DNA from: Zancudomyces culisetae HAW-14-8
Lineage: Eukaryota > Fungi > Kickxellomycota
Reading direction: 5' to 3'
DNA: 64,000 nt
Assembly (NCBI GenBank): GCA_052426225.1
Contig: JBNJNM010000015.1
Location: 1,054,001 to 1,118,000 of the forward strand
How positions within the stretch are numbered: the stretch's first letter is position 1; each line of letters opens with the position of its first letter. This document shows, one piece after another, positions 23,853 through 35,573 of this stretch. The notes beneath the pieces are model-generated. The model made no database searches. It was not told the DNA's origin and saw only the letters and a list, made by a program, of their open reading frames with translations. The position numbers were made by a program, and so were the translations under genes.

Positions 23853-24248
23853 TTAACATTTACATCCAGATTCACAGTGGCATTGTTCGCCTTTACCCTC
23901 CTTGCATTCACAGGTTGCTTGTTCACATTTACATGATCCTCCACATGTACAACCTTTACCATCTCTGCACTGACATATACTTTTTCCTTCGCACTTGCAC
24001 TCATCCTCCCTGCAGATACACTTATTACCTACTGAACACCTACAACAGGTACTGGCTTTCTTATTTTCAGCACAGTTGCACTTTTCAGATTCACAACAAC
24101 ATTTTCCTTCAGAGGTGGCTGAACAACCTTGTCCCTTTTTGCAGCAGCATTCACAATTTCCAGCCTCACATGAACACCGACCTCCGGGCGTATCTCTGCA
24201 CTTTCCAATATCTTTGTTGTAGCAGGCCTTTTTGTCGCATGAACTCAT
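23853..24248 (-). CDS. Long metallothionein-like protein (131 aa, 34 Cys)
   Basis: ATG at 24248 (MSSCDKK). Contains CxC, CC and CCC motifs, is K/G/E/S-rich, has almost no aromatic residues and no signal peptide. Confidence 0.88.
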   Translation of the reverse strand: MSSCDKKACYNKDIGKCRDTPGGRCSCEAGNCECCCKKGQGCSATSEGKCCCESEKCNCAENKKASTCCRCSVGNKCICREDECKCEGKSICQCRDGKGCTCGGSCKCEQATCECKEGKGEQCHCESGCKC

Positions 24249-25095
24249 CTTTGATTTATTTATTCTAGTTTGTATTGGTTTATTAGTCAACCTTATTGGT
24301 ATTATTGCTTTCTTTTTGTATTTAGTATGGAATACTATGTGGTTTTATGATTGATATTTTCTTGTCTTTTTTGAGAAAAGTCGTGGACTATTTATACTTT
24401 TTTATAGGTGCCAGTTTTCTTTGTACATACTCAAACTTGGATTGTATTTTTATTAAAGCAAAAGTTACACACTTGAAAAATTGCATTACACATCCGAGTT
24501 ATTTTTGCCTATACTCAAGAATATATGATTATAAATCATTTAGATACACTTCTCTTTTTTCGTTATATTCGTTAAAATTGCATTTACAAAACCCATCCCG
24601 TTATCCAATAGCAAAAATGGATCCACTAACTTTTTAATTGATTTGTTTTTAGCTTCTTTATGATTCTGTCACGAGATTTCCCACTGCCATTTTTCCTCTC
24701 TCTATCTCTCATTTTCGAGTTGCGCTGATTCTGCTATTCGCTACTTTTTAGAAAACATCACCAGCTTTTTGACCAAAACATTTTTTTACCCATTAGAAGC
24801 TTTAAAGAACGTCTCTGCTTTTTTACACTCGCATATTCCAAACTAAGCTCAGGCATTAATATCTCTCCTACTCACCTTATTTCTTTTGCCCAAGAGTTTT
24901 AATATAAGTACCCATACAACCACACAAAAATAATCATACACAATATCTATCTAGCCAACTTCTCAAAATTCCTTTCTGATTTGTCTTTCTGACCTCACTC
25001 TTCACTTTCTGTTGTTATTACTTCAGGAATAAGTTCCAAAAAGAATAATCGAAGTGCTGTCGACACCGTGCAGCCCAGTAGCATATGTTCAATGG

Positions 25096-25850
25096 TTTTT
25101 TTTTTTTTGGTAGAAAAAAAATTTATTTAGAAAATAAACAGTTCCTAAAAATAAAAACAATCTATATTCTAAACTCATCCTATTCCCCTTCGACTCTCTA
25201 GAGTCTCCGTACCCGATGGGCATTGGTTCAAGGGGAGTGGGACTACACTAATGTCTTTCAACAATAGGTAGCGAGGTAAAAAGGTCTCGTTAAGAAACCG
25301 GGCTGTGGAAACCACTGCTCTAACGCAAGTGGCGTTTGGATCCCGAAGAATCCCAGGTAGTTTGAGCTTTAACTCCTCCCCCAGGAGTTTACCCACGACT
25401 TTCCTGCAAAGCTCAACACACTCGGAAATCGTGCTAGATAAAAAAGAACTATAATAATCTATAAATTCAGTAAGTACATCCTTCCTAATTTCGTCCCATC
25501 TGCTGCAATCTAATATGTAATGTTCAACTGTTTCTTTTTCTTCTTTCTTACAGAACGGACATTTGGCTTTGTAATCTGGATCTATAAAACCCGAATTTGC
25601 TAATCTCGTGGCGGTCCAAAATTGGCCTATTCGAATTCGACCTACGAAAAGAATGTGTTTCATGTACTGTGGAAAAGCCGCTTGTAAGTCGACCCAGTTC
25701 CTTTGTCGGCCTGCTCCAACTTCCTTTATCCACTTTGTAATATTCGACTTGTCTTTCAGCCTGTTGTTTATCTCGAGTGTCTCCTTAGTTTTTCTTACCT
25801 CTCCAGTTGGATTGTGTACCATGTTATTGCTAACTTTTTCAGACGATTCT
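25096..25850 (-). mobile_element. 5'-truncated non-LTR retrotransposon (LINE) 3' end
   Basis: ORF fragment 25175-25822 has RIRIGQFWT and the zinc knuckle CPFC-x8-HYILDC (zf-RVT type). A short 3' UTR follows, with AATAAA (25122-25127) and an A13 tail (25096-25108). No RT core is present. Confidence 0.85.
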
Positions 25851-26017
25851 CACTTATCAATAAAGTAATTCGCTTTAACACTAATTGTTTATTGACAAGC
25901 AAATAATATTCTGCGAATTTAATTTCAAAATATGTTGATATAGAATTACAAAGTAGTAAATGAAAGATATCCTCTTTATTGAAGTTTAACAAAAAACAAA
26001 CAAGATTTACAAACTAC

Positions 26018-26410
26018 TTAGTAGAAGAAGCCGAGGATGTTTCCACCAGCGTGCTTGCGACGAGCTTCAGTGTGATCCATGATTCCGTCGGAGGTGGTCA
26101 AAACCAAGTATCCGAATTGACGTGATGGGAGAAGGTTGTTTACCCACTTTTCGATTTCGTTGATCTTTACAGAGAAACGAGGAGAGATAACTCCAGCCTT
26201 GTTAATACGGCCAAGAAGTTGAATAACAATTTTTCCAGATCTGTGGTCATCGATTTCCTCGAACTCACCAATGTAACCATGCTTTTGCATGACTGAAAGG
26301 AATTTGACAACAACCTTTGATGATGGTCTGACCATCACTTGTCTCTTTCCCTTCTTCTCGGCGTTGTTGATGCTTCTCAAGCAATCGTTCAATACTGAAA
26401 TGCGTACCAT
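26018..26410 (-). CDS. RPS22: 40S ribosomal protein S22 / S15a (uS8)
   Basis: [11 protein letters not shown]...[13 protein letters not shown]...GVISPRF...LLPSRQFG...ILGFFY; 130 aa, highly conserved. Confidence 0.99.
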   Translation of the reverse strand: MVRISVLNDCLRSINNAEKKGKRQVMVRPSSKVVVKFLSVMQKHGYIGEFEEIDDHRSGKIVIQLLGRINKAGVISPRFSVKINEIEKWVNNLLPSRQFGYLVLTTSDGIMDHTEARRKHAGGNILGFFY

Positions 26411-26439
26411 TTTGAGTTATTGTATATTCAAGATATCAC

Positions 26440-27308
26440 CTGTTCAAAAATACAATAAATCAAACATTTAACATACTGACGCCAAAGAATTACAAATATT
26501 TTTCCTTTAAAATGTTTTGTTCATCAACATGATTGTGCCATGAAATACTGAGTATCGCAAAATGTTCTATATAGCAATGAGCATGTTGATGATATTACAG
26601 CTAGCTCTATCCAGGACTTCTGTATGCCAGTCCCGGAACACATCACGCTTGATGAAAATAACAAGTGCAACCATTCTGGAGTAGCATACAGTGACATGAA
26701 TAGATGTAGCCAGCAATACCCTACAAAAAGACTCATAGAGCTAAAAACATACTTGCGACTCAGCAAATCCACACGTCCAAATGATCTCAGTATAGTCCCA
26801 CTGATAAATCCTTGTATGTGTTTATCTTCCATTAATGTCAGATAAACGCACACAAAGCGATCATTCTAGAATTAACAACCCTCTGAATATTCTTTGCTTA
26901 GAAAAAATACAACCCAAGTGTTGCCCTTTCGCAAGAGCAATTTGAGTAAGGGATTTTTTAAATAAAAAATATTGCAATTAGGCGGGCGTATTAATCGGAC
27001 TCGGTTGCAATACAACATGTTAACGCAACATCCCTGAGATGAGTCAAGCTGCTTAGCATCAACCTCCGCACCATTGTCTAGAGCTTTCTCAATACGAGTC
27101 AACTATGACCTCTGTTGATGTTAAGACTGTGAATGACCTCGTTCTCAAATCATTTATGGATTCAAAAGAAATAACAGATCTTGAACCCATCATTCCCAAA
27201 CAAATAAAACATTTAAAATAATGAAAGGAATCTAGAGCTGGTAGGGTATTCCCTGCCCAGACAAACCAGACTCTGCCAAACTACGGTTCAACCAAAGCTT
27301 CAACTTAC
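26440..27308 (-). other. Long 5'-UTR intron of RPS22
   Basis: AG|GTAAGT donor at 27308 and T-rich tract plus CAG acceptor at 26440, 29 nt upstream of the ATG. At 869 nt it is far longer than the other introns I called here (~75-215 nt). Confidence 0.75.
26510..27274 (-). ncRNA. Candidate large structured intronic RNA, 3' end H/ACA snoRNA-like
   Basis: At least 10 stems. The terminal 11-bp hairpin (26521-26531/26582-26592) is followed by ACAAAACAUUU and preceded by an ANANNA-compatible AUAUCA. G.U pairs mostly favour the minus strand. Confidence 0.6.
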
Positions 27309-27692
27309 CTTATATATCGTCTATTCGAACAAAATCGCTAGAGTTAAATTTTTTTAGAAAAGGAAATGTTGAATCTATTTCTATATTTTCTTTTCGCACT
27401 TTTTTCCAAGATAAAAATTTTTATTTTTTTAATTTTAAAAGTATTTGGAAGACTATTTGCTAGAGTGAATGTATTCGTATTTTTTTTACAGACTATAAAA
27501 TATTGACTAATGAAGCAAGGTTGACCACTGGCACTGGACAATTTTAACTATTGGTATTTTCAAACTATGCCAACTTCTTTCAGTACTTTCAAACAACAGT
27601 AAACTATAACAAAAATATACAACGAGCAAGCCACGTTCTTTTATAGTACCAGTAGCAAAGCTTAAATGTTTTCTAAGCCCCCTATATTTTAG

Positions 27693-28337
27693 GATTCGTT
27701 AGTAAGGCGGTCAACGACTTTTATTTTAAATTGATTAGAATGGGAAGCAAGGATAATACAAACAAAGAAAAACTATACCTGGAACTAAATCCAGAAGCTT
27801 CTTTTATGTTCAACCCTGCTGCTTCTACTGCTGCCACACGGGGAACCATTTGGTCAAGCAGTTTTATATACAATAACAAAGGAGCACCAGCTTCGACTGG
27901 GAATCTGGCCGAATATTTGAAAAAAATCAAAACGAGCAATCAAGGCGTAATACCAAATAGCTTCAATTTGAACAATAGAGAAAACGAAGCCCGAGGAATA
28001 TTCCGTAAACCTGGAAGATACAATGGAACGACATATCTGAACTCGTTGAAAAACGTATATATAGAAGAGAACTACTATGATGAAAATGTAACTATATTCT
28101 TTGCCATCTCGGATGTATATTTGGTGTCATATACGCTGTTTCATACCGATATTTATCCATGTAGTTATAATTGCAGTTTTACTGATATTTCGAAATAACA
28201 TTTTTATTCAATAGCTTGATGCGGTCAGATCGGGATACACTATATACAAATCGAATGAACAGATCGATAAAGACCAAGAATATTTGTATAATAATGTAAC
28301 TTTCGTTTATAATTATCCCTCCACAACACTATTATAA
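27693..28337 (+). CDS. Hypothetical Asn/Tyr-rich protein (spliced; 5' end uncertain)
   Basis: The open frame from ~27693 to 28114 joins in phase through intron 28115-28214 to LDAVRSGYTIY...STTLL*. No recognisable domain. Confidence 0.45.
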
Positions 28338-30380
28338 AAATGTAAATAATCAATGACTGTGGTGTATATTTAGGAGAGAGAAGAGGTTTTGAATTTTCAT
28401 GGAGTTATCGACGAATTTGACGACGAGTTTGAGTAGATATCCCTATTCTTTATAGTTTTAAAGTTGGACACTTGATATCAAACTGTAATCATGATAGTCA
28501 AAACGCGATTTATTTGGCATGACCGCAATTTTCTCATTGTGACCACCTTGGTTATTCTCATTGGACTTGTACGACTTTATGTAGTCGTGTTGTAGTCGCA
28601 ATGTAGCCGGTGCATTAAACATGTTATACTTTGGACCGACAAGGCCAATAACTATGTCAATATCAGTGGTGCTCAGCAACTATTCTTTATCGGATATGGA
28701 CGGACTTACTAGCCGTTCTTGGTAAAAATAATGTGCGCTTAATTTAAAGGCATTTATGGTCACACATTGAAATTATTTTTCCGCGCCAGTCAAACCTGGC
28801 ATCTATCTCATATCAGCTCTATTGAGGAAGGGGTGGGGTAAGACGTGAAAGTGGGGATGGGAGTGATATTGATTCATAATTTATTGTTGTATTTGATTAC
28901 ACTAAAATATTTTTTCATGTGTTTCGTTATAGAAATGGGTAATAGTCAAATATATATATCCTATAATTTAGTTATTCTCATTATCGGTAATTATTTAAAA
29001 AACCTTAATCTAATTTTATAAATGAAATGTTCGATTTTTGGAGGCAATTGTTGTTTTATCCACAATCCTTCTAAAATGCCATCTTTATTTAATAAAATAA
29101 TGTGGAATCGTGTATTATTATGGATAACTAGAACAATTGCTAAAGGTCATCGCACGTTCATAAATTGAAAATAAAAGATTTTTGATCATAATAACACTTA
29201 TGGGCCTACTGGGATTTCATATAGAGAATAATGTAATCACTTTCCTTGTTCGCAAAAAAAATATGCTTTGAAACGTAAGCTTTGAAAGATGTAATGCGCT
29301 GCATTCATCTAATACGGTATACGCGCCCTGTATTTATTTTTCTCACGATTAATAACATTAAAAGGCATATATCATATTTGGGAGGGCATACAAAAAGCTA
29401 TAACTACATCTCGTTTTTATTCTTAATTCTTGAATGTAGCATTTAGTTTATGGTGGATAATGTATACCCGTAGATTACAGCTTACTAACAAACTTTCTTG
29501 GTATTTTTTTAATTACTGGTCTAAAAAATAACGGATGGGTTAAGAGCATTAACATAATATCAATGTCGCCAATTTCTTTAAAAGAAAAAACTTGAAACTC
29601 AGCCCCAGCTTAGAAGTCACAAGATGGATGCATAACTGAAGCACATATGACCCAGCTTTTGGGTGTTTCTTTGTTCTTGGTAAAGTAGATGAATCTTTCA
29701 ATTTTTATAACTAAAAAGAAAAATCGACATTTTTTTAGTATTTTTTTTAGTATTTTTTTTGGCTCCTTGATTGTTATTTTCTAGTGCTAATGCCGATTAT
29801 TATTATATACTTATCTTTATGTATTTCAAGCAAATGCGCCATATGTGCCAGATGTGGGATATTGTTTTTTAGAAAAAAATTTTTTTTAGTGATATTCTTC
29901 TTTTTATGATTATTTTCAGAGATAAATCTGGAATTGTCTGAAAAATTGACAGCATCAAGTGGAAATCTCTAAAAATTACAACACTCTGCCAATTGGCTGA
30001 TGAAAACATTTTGGAGAGTTTTGGCAAAAAATGATAGCTGGTGTTGAAAAATGAGAACTAAACAAACGTCTTAATTAATTCGTTATTTTTCCTACACCCG
30101 CATTCTTTAGCGAAGTTTGGAATCAACGCAAAACTAACTACCAGCTAATGAAAACAAACTAAAAACAAATAGGTTTGTAAGGCTGTATTCAAGTTCTAAA
30201 TAAATGATACTTGCTAATAGCAACGAATTTTTCTTTAGAGAAAATAAAGTCAATAGTTGCAAAGGCATAAGCAAAAATAAAAAACATTTGGCGGAATAGA
30301 AATAGATTGTGTAATAATAGTTTACAAGAGTAAATCAACGAGATTTGTGTAGTAACTTTTTCTTTAAACGAAACGAGCAA

Positions 30381-31829
30381 ATGATGGAAAAAAAGTGTGA
30401 TGAAAACCAGGATGCAGCAATGAAAAAGAGGTAAGCTTTGATTCTGATGTACATGCTCCATAGCGGCTCCAAAGGTGGAGGAGATGCTATATCTTTGGAG
30501 AAACAGAAAGATGGGATATTAAAAATGGGATGAGAGGATAGCGCTAAAATAATTATAATTACAACAGTATAATAATGGTGATGGTGATATTAATGTTACT
30601 AAATTGTAGCTCCAAGCTGGTACAATATCAAAGAAACAAACAAGCGAACGCAAAAGAGGTGGTAGAGAATGTAAAAGAAAAAAAAGATGAGACGGAAAAG
30701 GGAAAAAATAAAGAGGTGCTAACGTTTGCAAAAGCCGTGGCTAAAAGCCAAGGGGTTAAGCAGAATAGTTCAGCTGCAAAAACTACATCGAAGGCCAACA
30801 AATCAACACCAAAGCCTGAAGAAGTTCGTGAAGAAAAAGGGGCAGAAATCGGAATTCCTAAAAAAGGACAGGATGCAGATAAGAACGGGAACAAAGAAGA
30901 AATTAAGAACGAGAAGAAAGAGGGTGGTAGAGTAGACAGCAAGGATACAAATACAACGGGAAACAAGGGCGAGAACAAGGCGGAGAGTGAGAATCTTGGA
31001 GCAGAGCATCTTTTACAGGATCAATGGACGTTCTGGTTTATGCACAGAACACCAGGCCAAAAAATAGTGGATTATGAAGCTGCAATCTCCAAGATTTCCA
31101 ACTTTTCTACGGTAAGTAATTTAAAGTTGGGGTGAATATTGCGGAAAAGCTAAAAAAAACATTTTTCATTTTAGCAAAGCATTTAAAAATTATAATTGAA
31201 ACTAAAATGTGGTATTGGTAATAATGGGGGGAAATAGGTCGAGGGATTCTGGAGAGTCTACAGTCATCTCCACCGCCCAAATGATATGCCAACAGTTTCA
31301 GACTACCATCTTTTCAAATTCGGAGTTCGGCCAGTTTGGGAGGTAAACAACAAACAAAAGCACAATAAAGATGTTTTGATAAAACATATAAAGAACTAAT
31401 GCCATCGGATGTATGTTTAATAGGACGAAGAAAATATTAATGGTGGAAAGTGGATAATAAGAGTTAAAAAGGGCCTGGCCAACCGGCTATGGGAAAGACT
31501 GGTACGTTTTATAAGAATGCTAGCTAGATAGTTAGTGGCGAATACTAAACAAAGATAATAAATTTAACGGAATATAGGTTCTTGCGATGATCGGATGCCA
31601 GTTCAAACATGAACAAGAGATCTGTGGGGCGGTTTTGTCTATTCGCAACTCAGAAGACATTATTTCACTGTGGGACAGAACAGCGAGCGACGTAGTCATG
31701 AACATGGCAACAAGAGAATTCCTTAGAAAGGCACTGGAGATATCGTCAGAAACAATTATGGAATACAAGGCACATAATGCATCAATGCGCGACAATAGTA
31801 GTTTTAGGAACACAGATGTTTATAAATAG
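30381..31829 (+). CDS. EIF4E2: Class II eIF4E (eIF4E2/4EHP-like) cap-binding protein, 5 exons
   Basis: Exons 30381-30430, 30610-31111, 31238-31342, 31424-31501 and 31578-31829 splice in frame. Motifs QWTFWFMHR, TVEGFW, YHLFKFGVRPVWED, GGKW and ICGAVLSIR; Tyr at the W56-equivalent (DYE). Confidence 0.9.
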
Positions 31830-31966
31830 AAAATATATAATTGAGATTATAGTTTTTTTATTGGAAAAAAAAACATATAAAGTAATAAAAAGTAAAACTG
31901 CTTTCCTAGTTATATACAAAAGCAAAGCTCAATTACTTTTCACAAAGAGCGGAAACAACAGAAAGT

Positions 31967-33307
31967 CTATTGAACCTTCTTTGCTGGTTCAGAAGAACCT
32001 GAGGCTGGCAAACCAACCTGGACCTTGTATGTGTCATAGATGAACCATTGTAGGGCAGTCAAGGTACCAACCATAAGAATACGTGGTCCCAAACCAGTCC
32101 AGATTCCAGAGAAGCCCAAGTCCTTCATAATCTTTCCAGCAAGAGCTCCGGTTGATTGTCCTGGTGCTTTCTCGATGTTGTTGAGCTTGGAAACCAAGAC
32201 ATCAGCTGGGTGAGAAACGATGGCACAGAACACACCAGCAATGTAACCGGCTGAGAATGTGACTCCGAGTTGTTCGACCTTTGAGTATGTATCCTTTGGT
32301 CTGGTCATGACGTGTTTGTAAAGAAGACTGACTGTGTTTTCAAAAGTTGCAAACTTAACCATGGTGTATGGGATCTGTCTCAACCAAAGTGGAACAAGTC
32401 CCTTGTAGAATCCGTTGAGACCTTCGGCCTTGGCGATCTTGCTGACACCTGCGAGGAATCCTGGAGCAAATGGTTCGACTGAGGTTTGCATCTTCACCTT
32501 GAGTGCCTCCATTGGGCACAAGGCGACGTCAGCAATGAATTCGGCTGAAGCTGAAGCTGAAAGGTAGAGTAAGGTCTTGTATTTGGTGGCGAATTCTTCT
32601 CCGGCGATTTGTGTGTACTTGTACTTGAAGTAGTCATAGAAACCGTATTTGGCTGCTCCTTGCATTGAATAACCGATCAATGCTGGAATACCTCCAGTGT
32701 AAAGTCCCTTGAGTCCTGATGCTTTGCCTATTGTTGACCATCCGTTGAATATACCTGTGTACAATGATTTGTTAACCTATTGATGTTGGTAAATCACATT
32801 TGTTATCTGTTGGGGCCATCTTATTTTTTATGTTTTTTCTCTTAGATCAAGAGAACTATCTTTCATCTTTTTTATCAACAAAAACCCCCTCTTTCAAAAA
32901 AGTGTAAAAATAAAACTCTTATATTCCCTACCTGCAATCTTGTCTTGACCAGATCAAGTGGTGTTACGAACCAATGTGTCAATCCACAAGCGAGAGTTCC
33001 TCCAATTGTGCATGCTGCAAAGTACTATTAACGCACATTTATACGCATATATTTTAGATTACTGTTCCCAGAATTAAATATAGTTGTTTATAGTAAATAT
33101 GCCCTGTTTGTGCAAAACAAAAAAAAAGTATATAGATCATTCATTCTGCAAATCTACCACAAATATTCCTTCGTCTCAAGTACGACATGTTTACAAACTT
33201 ACTTGTGAGGAGTTAATCTCGATTGGTGAGTGTGCTACAAACCCTTTGCCGTTTGCGACGCCGGGCCCCTTAAAAGAGGTAGTCAAGGTGTCCTTTGAAG
33301 GATACAT
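31967..33307 (-). CDS. PIC2: Mitochondrial phosphate carrier (Pic2/SLC25A3 type), 3 exons
   Basis: Exons 33203-33307, 32932-33024 and 31967-32776. Motifs [41 protein letters not shown] and SHPADVLVS. Confidence 0.93.
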
Positions 33308-35573
33308 TTTTATTTTTACTTTTTATTATTTGTATATAAAAAGAAAATAAAATATATTTAGTAAAACCAGGTGTTTTTTTTTTTATAGTTTTATTTATAT
33401 TCCTAGTTTCCAAGTTTTCACCTTTACAGTCATATCGGAATGCTTATACTGCATTTCACTGCCATCAGGTTTTTTTTTTCTTTTTTTCATCTATAGACAT
33501 ATAGGGTCTTGAAATGTAATTGATGGGAATAAACCGCTAACAAATAAATAAAGAGCGATTCCTCAGCAACAGAATCTGTTTGCATATGATAATTTCCGTA
33601 TTTCCCAACCTAGTGATATCCCCATAAACTTCCAACAAGTCCACCCTCCCCCCAACAAAAAAAGAAATCATCTCCCCTCCACCCTTTCATTCCCTCACTC
33701 TCTTTCTTTCTTGCCATTACCCTCCCCATTTTGGGTATGGGTCTAGCGAAAAAAATAAATAAATCGCGTATAGATAACGTACTTTGCATTGGCTACCCTA
33801 TTATTTCTTCCATTCAAACAACGTTTGTTGTGTTTACCAACTTTTTTTTAGCCTTAGTTTATTTGCAAACAAAAAATTTTTTTTCTGTAATCATGATAAA
33901 GAACATCAATAATACTGCCTAAACAGCTAGCTTAATTTCTGATTAGAAAAAAATTTTTTTTATCCATAAATAAAAATAAATAAACAGATACATATCCTTA
34001 GTTTCCCATACATATTTCTGCCCCTTCCCTTCCCACCAATTAAGCTTATCTTGATCTTACTCATTTTCAAAACACACTAATTTTTTTTTAATTTTCTCAT
34101 AATTTGCTCACTTTTCATTCGATTTCAAAATATCAACTTATCAAATCACATTTAGGCTACCAAATACACAATATCGATTCGGTAGCCATTTTGGAATACT
34201 CATTAATGCGAATAACTCGGTGAATACAATAATTTCTCGTCAATTTCTTGCGGGCAAGGCCTCCTATAGTAATGCTCAAATACAAAAAAAAAGATGTGAA
34301 TTCTGGCAAAGTCACAATGTAAAACACCCAAAGTGCAATGGCTACATTATTTTTCAAACTTAGATTCAGTCAATTATGTAACAAGTTAAACTGTCATTTG
34401 CTGTCCTAACCGTTCTAGGCCACTTTTTAAATATACCACATACGAATAGGAGGGGGGGAACAGCTGTAAAAGACCATAGTAACAACGATGTATTTGGTAG
34501 AAATAATAGAATAGTACTATACAAGGTACAGAAAATGGGGCAGATAATCCCAGAGGAGAGGAAATATCTCGCTGGGCTTGTGACTGTTTGCTTCTTTTTG
34601 AAATGTATTCATCATTTTCAAGTTTAATTCTCGGAATGCAGTACTGCGAATGAAGAAGCATCTGCAGATATAAATCATCTGGATCCAATATATACTGTTA
34701 CTTTTATGTTGTAGTGGGCGACCAGTGCAAACATAATGCCAGCTCGCAATATTCTGTTTGGTATAGCCGACTCACTTTACTGTTTTATTTTTTCTTGTTA
34801 TTGGTGGAGGGTAGGAGTGGCTAAAGAGCAGCAAGTGAGACATTTTTAATTGTAAACTGTACGTATATCTGCATTGTGGATACTGTTTATCCATATTAAC
34901 CGCTAAAAGTAGCGACTGCGTGTTAGCTTGTGTCGATGTGTACTGGTGTTCATCAATAAGTGTCAATATATGCCGGTGCTTAGGATGGTTTAGGAACTGT
35001 AACTCAACCAATATTTTACTCTATTAAATAAGTGTTTTCGAACCTAGAATGAGTGTTGAAGCTTTCTTAGAGCTCAATCTATAAAAACAAAACGTATACA
35101 CTCCATAACTGCAATTTGGCTATAGATGACAGATAATCTGAGGGGAGGAATAGGAACAAGTGCTTTAGCTTGATCTTTCTGCAAATCAAACTTCCTCCAT
35201 CATACTGCGCCTCAATTCGTTACCACATTATTTATCAGTTACATGTTCTTTTTTATTTTTTTGGTTAAGTGCAAACTTTAATTTATTACCCATAATTTCC
35301 ATAGTGTGAACCATAATACGTTTCTTGTTTTCCTGTGCATTGGAAGCTCGTAAATCACACCACCGGTGCATGGTTTGGGCTGAAATTCCATATTCCATCT
35401 TCCATGTGATTTTTCATGCAAAAATGGGTGGTAAAACGCTACTACCCCCTCTCCCTCCTCCTTGTCGGCAACACAGATCCCCTATATAAACCGATACAAC
35501 TAATTTAGAGAGCCGATATATATTTGCAACAAAAAATAAATAAACATCAGAGCATTACTTATTACCCGCTACA

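Noticed and set aside
26611-26619. AAGUCCUGG antisense to a recalled yeast 18S segment CCAGGACUU
   Set aside because: Only 9 nt, with no matching second guide arm or correct H-box spacing, and the host rRNA sequence is unknown.
26778-26800. GACUAUACU..GAUCAUUU resembling the U3 snoRNA 5' end; TATAGTCC resembling a group I intron S element
   Set aside because: No properly placed U3 B/C/D boxes and no group I P7 partner; the segment is explained by a local hairpin.
28458-28720. Short minus-strand ORF with coding-like composition
   Set aside because: No ATG start, interrupted upstream by a stop, and no recognisable homology.
34150-35400. Moderate-complexity intergenic stretch with short ORFs
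   Set aside because: No coherent reading frame, domain or RNA structure identified by eye.
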